The translations under genes were made by a program, and so were the position numbers. A model generated the notes under the pieces. That model was not told where the DNA came from. It searched no databases and saw only the letters and a list, made by a program, of their open reading frames with translations. Below, piece by piece: positions 38,401 through 50,400 of a stretch of DNA of 59,690 nucleotides; within the stretch, counting starts at the first letter, position 1, and every line of letters starts with the position of its first letter. Source of the DNA: Raja brachyura (Eukaryota); the NCBI GenBank assembly GCA_963514005.1, contig OY740813.1, positions 15,252,001-15,311,690 on the forward strand, given 5' to 3'.

Positions 38401-41400
38401 ACAGTCAAGACTGAGGAAGACTTTAATAAAATGTAGATAATTATGTGGAGCCTAGGCACAGTAAACAGAATGGCCCTATGACGGGGACATGAGAAGTGGA
38501 GTAATTGGTGGGATTAGAAGCGAGAGTCTGACAAGGGCCTGGACTCCACTCCCTGGAAAGATGGTCAATGCAGAAACCAACATTTCAAAAATATTTGCTT
38601 GCATTCTAAGAGCATCGGAGCTATGAACCGCCCATTGGAAAGAGGGGAGAGCTGGGAAGCTTTTTCCCCCACTATTGGCACAGACATGAGAGGCAGAATG
38701 ATTTTTCTCCCTCAATTGAATCCTCTAACATCCAGTCTTCAACTGGTCCACAATTGTTTCAACAATTCAGGCAGATAGAACTTGACAACCCACCTCCTGC
38801 CAGTGAATATGTAACAATGTGTACAACTCGCAGAACAATGAACTATTCAGATCTATTCGGACAAATCTTTACCTCAATTTTGTAAAACAGCTCGGCATCC
38901 AGAAGTGTCAACTGTTCAGCTATCTCGTGACTGTGGAAGTCATGAAGGGTTCCAGGCCTGCAGGAGTAAGAGTTCAAGTTACAGAAACTCAAGGATTGAA
39001 TTGATTCAATTTTCACACAAAACATTCTCCCAACGACAGACAAAATTTAAGGGACTTCCCATTTCCACCTATTTATAAATTTTCCAAGTCACCACGATAA
39101 GAGAAGGATATTGTCTACCAATGATAGAGACCTGGAGTCTGTACCTTGCTGCCACCCCACGTGCTGCCAATGGCTTCATCAGACCAGCATACTTCACAGT
39201 CCTCTTCTGATCTACTTTATCCAGAATATTCTTTCGCAAAACCCGGGCCAGACTCAGTTCACCACTACACACTAAACGGAACACAAGTTCCATGAGCAAC
39301 TTCAGGATGTCATCCGAGAGCTCCACCAGACTGGGAAAAGAAACAGCAACAAGGAATTGATCAGATGACATGCAATCACTATAGTATTATGGGCAGTACG
39401 TATAAATTCATACTGCACATTATTAATATTTACCATGCAATAAAATAGACAGAAATCTTCTGAAATATGTACATGAAAAAATAACATACAGATATTGAAA
39501 AGGGCATACATGCAACTTCAATATCATCACAATCTACGTCATCAGCTGCCAGTCAATGTGAGCACCCTTAATGCAGATGCAGATCAAGGTGTTGCATACT
39601 ATTTAATGCTTGCAAAACAAACTAGCACAATTATAATGGCATCCAATAGTCAGGTTTCAGATCCTCCCCCACCCCCCCCCCCCCGTAACTTAAGTATATT
39701 CCAGCATTATAATAGACTATATTTCCAAATGTACTTCATTAGCCATAGACAATAATTGCAATTATACAGTGCTATTAATAGAGTGAAAATACCCTCCATT
39801 GATGTTTTAATCAAACAAAATCAAACTGAAAGCCACACAATGGGAATAATGGGAAAACAGTATGTGAATAATAGAAGCAGGAATTAAAGCAGGAAAGTCG
39901 CAGAGAGGTAGAGATTTATAAGGAGGGATAGCAGTTAATGCTACGGTGCTGCCAACAAAGTTTTGCTGGTCATCCATTTGTGATTTGGGCTCAGTCTGTC
40001 GGTCTCCTCCAGTGCAGGCTGACCTACTGGATGTTCCACAGTGCTGCTCACAGTGACACAACACAGACAAAGTACAATCTGCTTCCAATTGCCACATTAA
40101 TTCACTTCAGGTCTCCCCAGAGATACTGTTTACCCCAGGACATCAGAGGGACAGGCAGCATTTCTGGAGAGAAGAAATGGGTGACGTTCTGGGTAGAGAC
40201 CCTTCTTCAGACTGAGAATCAGGGGAGAGGGAGACCAGTGGAAGGGTAAGGTGGGAAAATGACAGATCAAAGTAGACGATGATCAAGGAAATGTAGAATG
40301 GATCATTGTTAGCTGCTCTCCAGAAATGGAGTCTTTCCCGCTCAGTTACTCCAGCATTTTGTGTCTATCATCGGTGTTAACCAGCATTTGCAGTTCCTTC
40401 TTACACATCCCTCATTCTCAGTTCTGACAATGGGCTTAGGACCTCAAAGATCAACCGTTTCTCTCGTCATTAACTTTCTCTGCAGTCTGACCTACCACGT
40501 TTACAAAATGTTCAGTTTGTACACTGATGCCCAGTTTTGGTTTTGTCAGGACCTATATGGTTCCAAAGTAATCCCAAGCTTCATCCAAACATGGACTGTC
40601 TTTGACGTATGGCAGCAATTGACCAGTTGTGGCATGAAAGAGCTCTGATAAAACTGGTAAGCAAGAGGAATCACGGCAATGAGTGGAGTCATAGCTCACT
40701 CAGAAGATGGCTGCGGTTATGAGTGATCAATTATCCCAGTCCCAACACGCCACTACAGTTCCTCATGACTCATCATGGGCCCAACCATATTTGGTAGTTC
40801 CATCAATAAATTCCCTACCATCATAACGACCAAAAGTGGGTATGAATGCTAATATCTACACATGCTCAGTTTTATTCACAACTCCCCAGCCAATCCATGC
40901 CTGCACATCATTCAAACTTACAGACTGATTAATGGCCACGAAGTACCAGGCAATGACAATTGTCAACAAGAAAATCTAACTACCTACTTTGATTCCATCA
41001 CCAAGTCACCCAGCAACATTGACAGAACACTAAATACTCTGGCTACAAGAATGGATCAGCTGTGTACGCGCAGCAAGTGACTCATACCCTTGCATCACAA
41101 AGCCTTTCTTGCAAAACATAAATCAAGGGTACAGAATACTCCCCTCACCAATCTCCATCTCCAACAACAGCACTCGAGGGCCCGAGCTATAGTGAGAGGT
41201 TGAGCAGGCTAGGACTCTTCCCTGGAGCGCAGGGGGATGAGAGTGATCTTATAGAGGTGTACAAAATCATGAGAGGAATAGATTGGGTAGACACACAGAG
41301 TCACTTGCCCAGAGTAGGGGAATCGAGAACCAGAGGACATAGATTTAAGGTGAGGGAGGAAAAATGTAATAGGAACCCGAGGGGTAGCTTTTCAAGCAAA

Positions 41401-44400
41401 GGATGGTAGGTGTATGGAACAAGCTGCCGGAGGAGGTGGTTGAGGCAGGTACTATTGCAAACATTTCAACAGAGACATGGATAAGGCAGGTTTAGAGGGA
41501 TATGGGCAAATGCAGACCGGCGCAATTAGAGTAGATGGGACATGTTGGCCAGTGTTGCCACAAAGGGCTTGTTTCTACGCTGTTACACTCTCTGACTACA
41601 ACAAAAACAGCTTGCCTCCATCCAGGACAGAACAGTCCACTTAAATGCCATTCAATTCACCATCTTGAACAATGATTCCATCAACTCCAATCATAGTTGC
41701 ACCATATACCACATGAAGAGCAACAGAACCTCCAGAACTGGGTCCAAATACGGCAACATCGCAGTAGGAGCATCTGAACTCACTCATATTATCAAGCCTT
41801 TGCCCCAAAGGAGATAGAGGAAATAGTTGGTCAGAAATAATTAATTAAAATAAAAAGTAAGAACAATATAAACAAGCCCGGGTGATTTCTTTTGGTGGTA
41901 ATGAACATTTGGGCAAATAATCATGTGGGTCACTTAGTGATATGTTATTCTCTGCTGGGACTTAAGAATTGTTGGTATGGAAATAACTATGTCTAATGAC
42001 ATATATAAAAAAACCTGCAAAATATTCTTCTGATTGATTCTTCAGATTACAATTATTAAGTCACATAGACAGTATAATTTCCTATACAAGACAAATATAT
42101 TGTACTTAAAAGTGTCTGCAGACAAACAATAGCTATATTTTCTTAGGTAGACACAAAATGCTGGAGTTACTCAGTGGGACAAGCAGCATCTCTGGAGAGA
42201 AGGAATGGGTGACGTTTCGGGTCGAGACCCTTCTTCAGACTCAACCCAAAACGTCACCCATTCTTTTTCTCCAGAGATGCTGCTTGTCCCACTGAGTTAC
42301 TCCAGCATTTTGTGTCTACCTTCAATTTAAACCAGGATCTGCAGTTCTTTCCTACACGTTATATTTTCTTTAAAATGTTGTAGGAAACTACATGTGCAAC
42401 AATTGCCAACATTACTCACCACAACTCATCCACCACGCGGACCAGAACGAAGAACGTATTCTTGCTCACCCGTTTTTTGAAAGTATCCGGACAGTGGCAA
42501 AACTTCTCATAAGTGGTCATTAGTTAGGAAAAAATAGCGTGCGTGCGTAGGTGAGCAATGTTATAAGTCAGCTTTTTCACAGTAACAACTTTCCTGGTCA
42601 TGTCATGATACTAAACATTAATTGCCCTTTTATACCAAATTGAAACTGGGAATCTTGCATAATATACAAAAAAAGGATATCGATGGTGCAGTTTCTTGAT
42701 GATGTCCTCAGGTGGAATGAATGTTCGATACGTGGTCAGAAATGCCTCACAGTAAAGGACTAAATCTAAAGAGGAAGACAAGCAGGCAAATGGAAGTATG
42801 AACAAAAGAAACAGTTTATGAGTACTAAATAAGCTTACCGGTTTCCAATATTCCTCTACATGATAATTAAATCAAAAAGATACAAGATATGTTCCTCCAA
42901 CCAAAGAAAAGCATGGTGCTAACTTTATTGAATCTATTTGAACTTGTTTTGCTAATTTTCAGTCACTACTACTCTCCCTCCCTCTTGACTTTACTCATCA
43001 GCTCAATTCGTATCTTAAGACCTAAAAACATTACATCTTAATATGTTGAATAAGTTAAGAGAACAGATTACAAGCTTCAACAGGAAGGAAGGGTTTGAAT
43101 AAAAAACAGAGTAAGCAACAATTTACAGTAAATTTAAAGCAACATTAAAATAATTAAAGGCCAACTAATTTGGCCTTCAAAGTGGAGAACTTCCAAATGG
43201 CAAAATATAAAATGGTAATTCCAACAGTAGAGAGCAAGAGATCATTTATTTTCCTGTCAAAATCTGAATCACAAAACTGGAATTAAGTCGATCCTTTGGA
43301 TGTAATTCCAATGGTTACCTTTACGATCTGTCTCCGTCGCATGCACGATGAGAATATCCACTGAGCCTCCTCGCACCTCTGGGCCATCTTCTCCCTAGAA
43401 TATTGGTTGAAAATTGTATACATTCTAAAGTATATATGCAAGCAAAAAGGAATGTCAATTTAAAAATGAATCAAAACAAACCCAATCATAATATTAAAGA
43501 TGTTTTGTAAGTAAGTAAGTTTGATTGGGCAAGTAGTCACATAGAAGGAATTTGCCTTGGTGCTCCGCCCACAAGTAACAACATGACATACAGTGACAGT
43601 TACGAATGGCTCAGAAAACACCAAACATTGATAATAATAATAATAAAACATTAATGATAAAACACCATTGATCTGTTCTGTAGTCTGGACTTCCTCTCCA
43701 TTGACAATGCTTATAGTAACTGGAAAAATGATCTAGGTTATAAAGAGGGTTTTGTACTCTTGCCTTTATGATTTTAGAAACATTTATGATTTTTCCACAG
43801 CCGCAAAATTATCCTTATGGCAAGCAGCTTGCCAATGATTAGTGATTTTGTACGCACACTTGCAAGTGATGGATTTAATGTGCAACAAATAAAATGACTG
43901 TTTCAGAAAGTCAGATTTCCAATTGATTAACAACTGCATTGATTTACAAGAGCTTGGAATCAATTTTATATAAATATTCTGAGAGCTCATAGCTCATTTC
44001 TAAGCAACCGCACATAGAAATGTCTATTTTTATTAAACTAACTTCAAACTTCTCAACCATATGTGGAATAAATAAGCATCGGTTGCTTCATCCTGGGTGC
44101 TATTCAGGGCGGTGTTTCAAAATTTAGAGTGAGGTAGTAGGGAAAGGAAACATTTCCTCCCCCCTCTCCCCCAAATGATCTAATTGTTTTGGAGAAATCA
44201 GTGAAGCTTTTCCTGATTGCTTCTCTTGGGGGTAGGATTCGGGTTCAGTGAGAAAGATTAAGTTTAAATTTGTATTGTAGTTTGTCTCACTTTTTCAGGG
44301 TTCCTATGAGATTTTACAAAAATAGGAAAACTGTTGCCTTTATTGCAGCTGGCACCAATGCAACCATAAACTAACTGCCAATATGAGATTTTGGTTCAAT

Positions 44401-47400
44401 TTAGTTTCTTTTCCTGTCCCCACTTCAGTATCGCTACTGGTCCCAGCCCATCCACACCACACAGGCATTGTTCAATTCCAGCAGCTACACACTACAGCAG
44501 TGTAGGAGACCAAATATGGGATTGTGCTTGACTGTGGGCCTACACTACAAAGCAACAACAGACTGGTTTGGATTTGTTGAACAAATACCTTCACTGCAAA
44601 TAAGAGGCTCAGAATTAGCCATGGATGGCACAGGTGAGACAATCAGAGAGTATCCAGACTCCAATGCAAGTTACAACGAAGGAGTAAATCAGGTGGGATT
44701 CAAATTACAAGTCCGTGTACTTTCCTTCACCCCAGCCAGAATATCATCCATCACTTTATCACACTCTGCATTAAATTCATCCGAGGTCACTCGCAACAGT
44801 CCGTTCACTGATACAACAGGGGATTGCTCTATTCCAGGTCGGTGCCAACTATGCTAAAGTATGCTTTACCTCTTGTTTGAGTGTTAGTCTAGCCACAATT
44901 TCTTCATGATCTATGAGGGACAATTCATCCGTTTCATCATTTGGATCCAAATCAGATGAATTTTGTGTATCTGCTCGCCTAAGAAAAAGACAAATAAAAC
45001 AGAAATAAATCAATCTGCAGCACATGAGATAACTTGGCTTCCAACACCAGATAAATAAGGAATACATATAAATTATTATCAATTATTTTCTTCTGAAGCA
45101 AAGTTCGTTGGATTTAATATCCTCTAAATATACACTATTGTAGCAAGAATATTTGATAGTTTATTTTGATTATAATAAATTAGCTGAGGGGTTGCTCCGC
45201 CATGAACTCAAATTAAATTAGGTTTAACTGTGGAACAGTGGGACGAAACAATATCCTAAATGTCATACGATCATTACCTCTTGGGGTCCTGTGGACTCCC
45301 TCCCCAGAGGCACAATGTAATGGAAATAAATAAATGGGAGTCTGTTAGAAAGGCATGTTAATCATGTGATATTTTAATTGGCAGATAGACTGGAAAAATC
45401 AAAAGGGCAAAGGCAATCTAATGGGGTCACAGTGTTTGCAGGATAGTTTCTTAGAATAGCTGGTTTTAAACCAGAGAGCAGGTGTTTTAAACATAGTATT
45501 GTGAAAGATGATGGGCTTAATCAGCGATCTCATACTGAAGACGCCCCCAGGCTGTAGTGATCATAATACAAATGAATTTAATATTCAGCTTGAGGGAGAG
45601 AATAATAGGCCAAGGCTTAAGTATAAGGCGCATGAAAGAGAAAACTGTCACATTACGTTAAGGGTTCAGTCAGTCTAGATATTGTGGCAAACTGTATGCT
45701 TTCCAACCATATTGCCCACATGGCATTCCAATATATCTTTTTCTTCATCTAAATATTCATCTCTTTTCAGTCAGCCAGTTTTTGCTTGCATCATGTAAAA
45801 TATTCATAATTCAAATTCCTTCGAATCCACATTTATATACAGGTATGTTGAGACAGATTACTTTCAACTGTGGTGCAACAATAGAGCTGCTACTTCACAG
45901 CGCAAGCAGGTTTGAGCAGAGTTTAATTCCCCCTGCAACCGTATACGTTTTCTCCAGGTGCTCCAGTTTCCTCCCACTTTCCAATGACGTGCAGGTTTTG
46001 TAGGTTAAATGGCCTCTGTAAATTGCCCTTTGTGTGTAAGACTAGTGCGTACAGGTAATCGATGGTCGGTGCAGATTCGGGCTGAAATACCCGTTTTCAA
46101 GCTGCATCTGTAAACTTAACTTAAGTTATCATAGCTGAAATCTCTCACTGGTGCCATGCCCTACATTCAGTTTGTACTGTACTCAAAGCTTGAAGCCTAG
46201 GCTGATCTGGAACCAAGATGCATAACGGCATTAACAAGACTGCTTCCCATAACTTCTCCCTTTCACCCTTGCCTCTACAGATGCAGATAATGCCGTCTAT
46301 GTAAAGGAACCCACTTATGTTTTTTTGTTTGCATTAATCATCACTAGTTCACATCTAAACTCCCAATTGCTACAAACTCCAAAACAGACCAAGATTGCTC
46401 TTTTGGGCTCTTTAGACTTTATCTTCACATTTAGTTAATACATCAATTGATCCTTACCCCAGCAGTACATTCACCAATATATTCAACAATATCAAATTTT
46501 CTTGGACAAATCCCACCATGGCCTTTTCTAATCTCGTCTCCCATCATACTTCAAATTTTGGCATCCTCTTCCCCATTGGAGTCTGAGCTTACAGTTATCC
46601 AATGTCAGTTGTATATCCACACAAGAATGTGGTGAAAATACACTTTGATTGGCAAATAAATATAATGCGATGGTTGATAATTAGCACAAACTCGATGGGC
46701 CAACAGGTCTGGTTCCATGCTGTGCAACTGCATTACAAAATCTACTTGAGCATTTTAATTTATTTTTAAACAGTGCTTCACAAATTCACAATTGTCTCAA
46801 TTCAATGTGGTTGGCTTTGTACTCAAATTATTCTATTTCTTCTTAGCTGTGACAAATCTTAAAGATAAAAGAAGTAATATTTTGCTTTGAATCAAATAAT
46901 ACAAAATACGCACGCATTTGGAGTATGAACTGGATTTTGATCATCTATTTAGTAGTTTGTGTCTGAACCAATCCCAAATTTAATGAACACATTTTGTTCA
47001 TTTAATTAGGATAGGGAGCCAAATTGTATTGTGACAGAAGTCGTGTACACACCCTGGTAACAAATGACAGCTCATGGTCAAGTGGATTATTACATTCCAG
47101 GAGAATATTACAATCATGATTTTTTTTTGCTGAATGCCAAAAGTCTAGGTCTTTAAATCAACAATCCCACCTGTCATTTCTTTCTTGGTTTTCCTTTACA
47201 TTAGTTGATTTTGGGGAATCACTGTGATGGATCTCTTCTTCGTTAGAAGATTCTACAGGCTCCTGGAAAGAAATTAAGTAGGTTATGCAATGTGTGGGGA
47301 AAAATCACTAGGTATTACATTTGATCAACACACTTTTGAATTATGTTAGAATATCATCTACAGTTTTGACTACATTAGGTATTCTCAAATATTATCTACT

Positions 47401-50400
47401 ACTGATAATAACCGTCTAAAAATGTGCTAAAGCTGCCGAGTAGTCGTACTAGTGTAATTTAAGACAAAAGTTAAAGATGGAATCACTTACAGTATCAGCA
47501 CACATCGGCATTTCCTGAATAGCCAGAAAGAAAGAATAAAAATGGTCGATGACTAACACTGGGTTGTTTTTACCCAGAAAATGCCAAATTTAAGTGCTAA
47601 TTATCAATTGGAAACTGTATGATATCCAAAATATGATCTGCAAAAAAAGAGTGCTGAATGTGGCCACAGCCATAGAATTATCCATTAAAGTATGGAAAAT
47701 AATATTTAATGATTTCATGAGTAGTCTCATATAGGAACAGTCAAGATGTATCTTTGGCAACTTTGTCAATTATCCAATTGGTTGAAACTCTTTTAAAAAG
47801 GTGATGTATTTAGAAATCCATTGGAATCTGTTATATTGATTTTACGACTATGATTTTTTAAACTATTACATAAATCTGCAGAAAACCACTTTTGGAAAAT
47901 GCTACAGTCAGCACTTACATGAGCGCCAAGAGATATTTAGTACCCAAAATAGCGTAAAAAAATTAGTGTAGTAGTAGAAGCCACTAATACGAGGCATAAA
48001 GCTTACTGCGATATAGTCCACTGGGGAGTGTAGGGGATAAAATACTTGTTTAGCTTTTGTAGCATTAAATGTTACGCCTACTGTTACCACACACAAGCAC
48101 AACACACACTGGACCGTCAAACTGCGGAGTGAGAGAATTTTATCCATAGCTCTATCAAAAGTGAAGCATTTCCAAAAGGCTGTAGCGCTTACAATAGTTA
48201 GCTAAATATATACAGGTCAACTAATTATAATCCCAAATTAACTGCGTGGTCATTTTGTTCCCAATCTGAAAAAATATTACCTATATTGCATTTAAGATTA
48301 ATAGGGCGCAGGTTCTTGGAAAAACAGTGATGTGCACAGTCGGGAAACTGGTTAGATTTTAAATATGCATCTGGGGATAAAAACTTTAATGGTTTATTTC
48401 TCTCAGACAAATAACCACAAACTGGTCACATTTACTATTCAACAATTGTCTATATTTCCCCTCAAAATCATCAAGCCAAAAGGCTAGAGTAAAAAGCTGT
48501 ATCAATCCATTTTCATCACTGCAGCCATATGAGAAAGTAGTCTAAAGGCCAGTAGTCGCTCACCATGCAAGCAATTATGTGTGGAGCAGCATGAAGCATG
48601 TTAAAAGCACATGTTTTAGAAGCTAAAAGCTACACCATGGCCAACAACCGCAGTCTTCTCAACTACAACTTTGAGCATTGACACGAGTACGAAGAAGCAG
48701 TTCAGTATTTTGTGTACAGCTAAACCCGATGCAGAAATTAAAATGTTTGCGTTAGTTGTGTGCCCTGAAAGAGAAAGATTTATTCTGTTCTAAACATCTT
48801 AAATGATGCAATACAAGATGTTTTTCTGCATAAGATAGAGAGAGACGCTGGATACTAATGCCATAACCAAGATCTTCTTATTCAACCTTGATTTGATACG
48901 GCAAGCAAACAAAGGCAGGCAAAACAACAACTGGGTCTTGTTCAATGGCTTTTGACTATTTAATGACACTACCTAAAAGAGCACTGGGAACTTGTGCTCC
49001 ATTAAAGTTATATTAAAACTTGGTTAAACAAAAAAGAGATTTTTAAGGAACACCCTAGAGGAGGGACAGTGGGATAAAGTTGTCCAGAGAAAGAATTCCA
49101 GCACAGGGTTCTGGCAGAAGATTCCAATGGATGAGACAATTACAGTGAAGAGATGAACAAGAGGGTAACTTAAAAGAAATGTCACAACTCAATTTCTAGG
49201 TTGGCAAAGAATAGAGGAGGGTGAACACAAGAAGAAAACTGAGAACAGAATAAATGTTTTACTAGAAGTATTGCTTAGTTTTGAGTCATTGTAGATCAAA
49301 AACCTAGTGCTGTGTAAATTAAGATACAGGCTTAAAGAGGTACTCTTTATGCATCTGCACCTCACATACAATGAAACGAGCATGGCAACAAGCAGCTCGA
49401 TTATAGGCTAATACCTTGCTATCACAGCTATCATATATCAAATTATATTTTTGATGTTTCTGTAAGTATGAAGTTGCATATTTGGTTGCATTGATTAATG
49501 GCTATATATTGGAATTGGAAATAGATTTTAGAGATGACTCCAAGACACTGTCAGTTTTTAAGATGAAAACGTAATAAAAATGGAATGGATTTCATATTTT
49601 GCAACATGCTTACCTATTTATGGAAGCTGGCCCATGTTTGTTTCAGTCAGCTGCTAATGGTATAAATGCCAATTAGATCTCAATAAACAAAGCCAGGTTA
49701 TCTTGGTGATAAGAAAGAAAATTCCTAGCCATACCGCACATTGGATTATGGCTGCCAGGCAAATTGGTCATGTGATCCCCTACCTTCTCAGTCGGGCCAA
49801 TACTGAAAGACTACAGGGTGAGCAGTTGGTTGATGTTAATTTTATTAATGATGAGTTTCACAGCACAATGAAATGAGCAGCACAATAGAAAACCATTCCA
49901 ACATGCTTCCCTCTAGAGCCAAGCACCAAAGACTCAACATGCTTCGGATGCTACTTACTGCTTGAGAATGAGGGAGGTCTCCATTGGTTTGGTTGGACGA
50001 ATACAGATTAACGTATTCCCCCTCACCAGCATCCTCACTATTGCTCTCGCTCTACAGGAGAGAAGGCCTCAAGATGTTCACTCTCGCTTCAGTGTACAAT
50101 GGTTTTCAAACTCATGACAATAATCAAAATGCAGCCAAACCCATCACTCAAACACTGATCTTCAGCTCAATCTCCCATATTTATTTATTCCAAACGGCAC
50201 TTGAGATGCTCTGCCACAGTGTTTATTTTTTAATATTAAAAATCTGAACATTAAAGCAAATCAACTGAAGCTTCCATCACCAACGCTTCATTCTCCTCCA
50301 ACCGCACCACCTGTGGAATGTTCAGGGCAGGGCCAACCCTGCACCATCCAATGCCTTCATGCTGCTGGATCACGGGGTGCAGAGTTCCTGTGAGAAAGGG

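Noticed and set aside
47913-47985. GTAAGT donor on minus strand suggesting another RAPGEF1 exon
   Set aside because: No convincing acceptor with pyrimidine tract at a frame-preserving distance
49612-49655. Possible poison exon ending TAG|GTAAGC
   Set aside because: Weak acceptor; cannot be distinguished from a chance donor overlapping a GCATG motif
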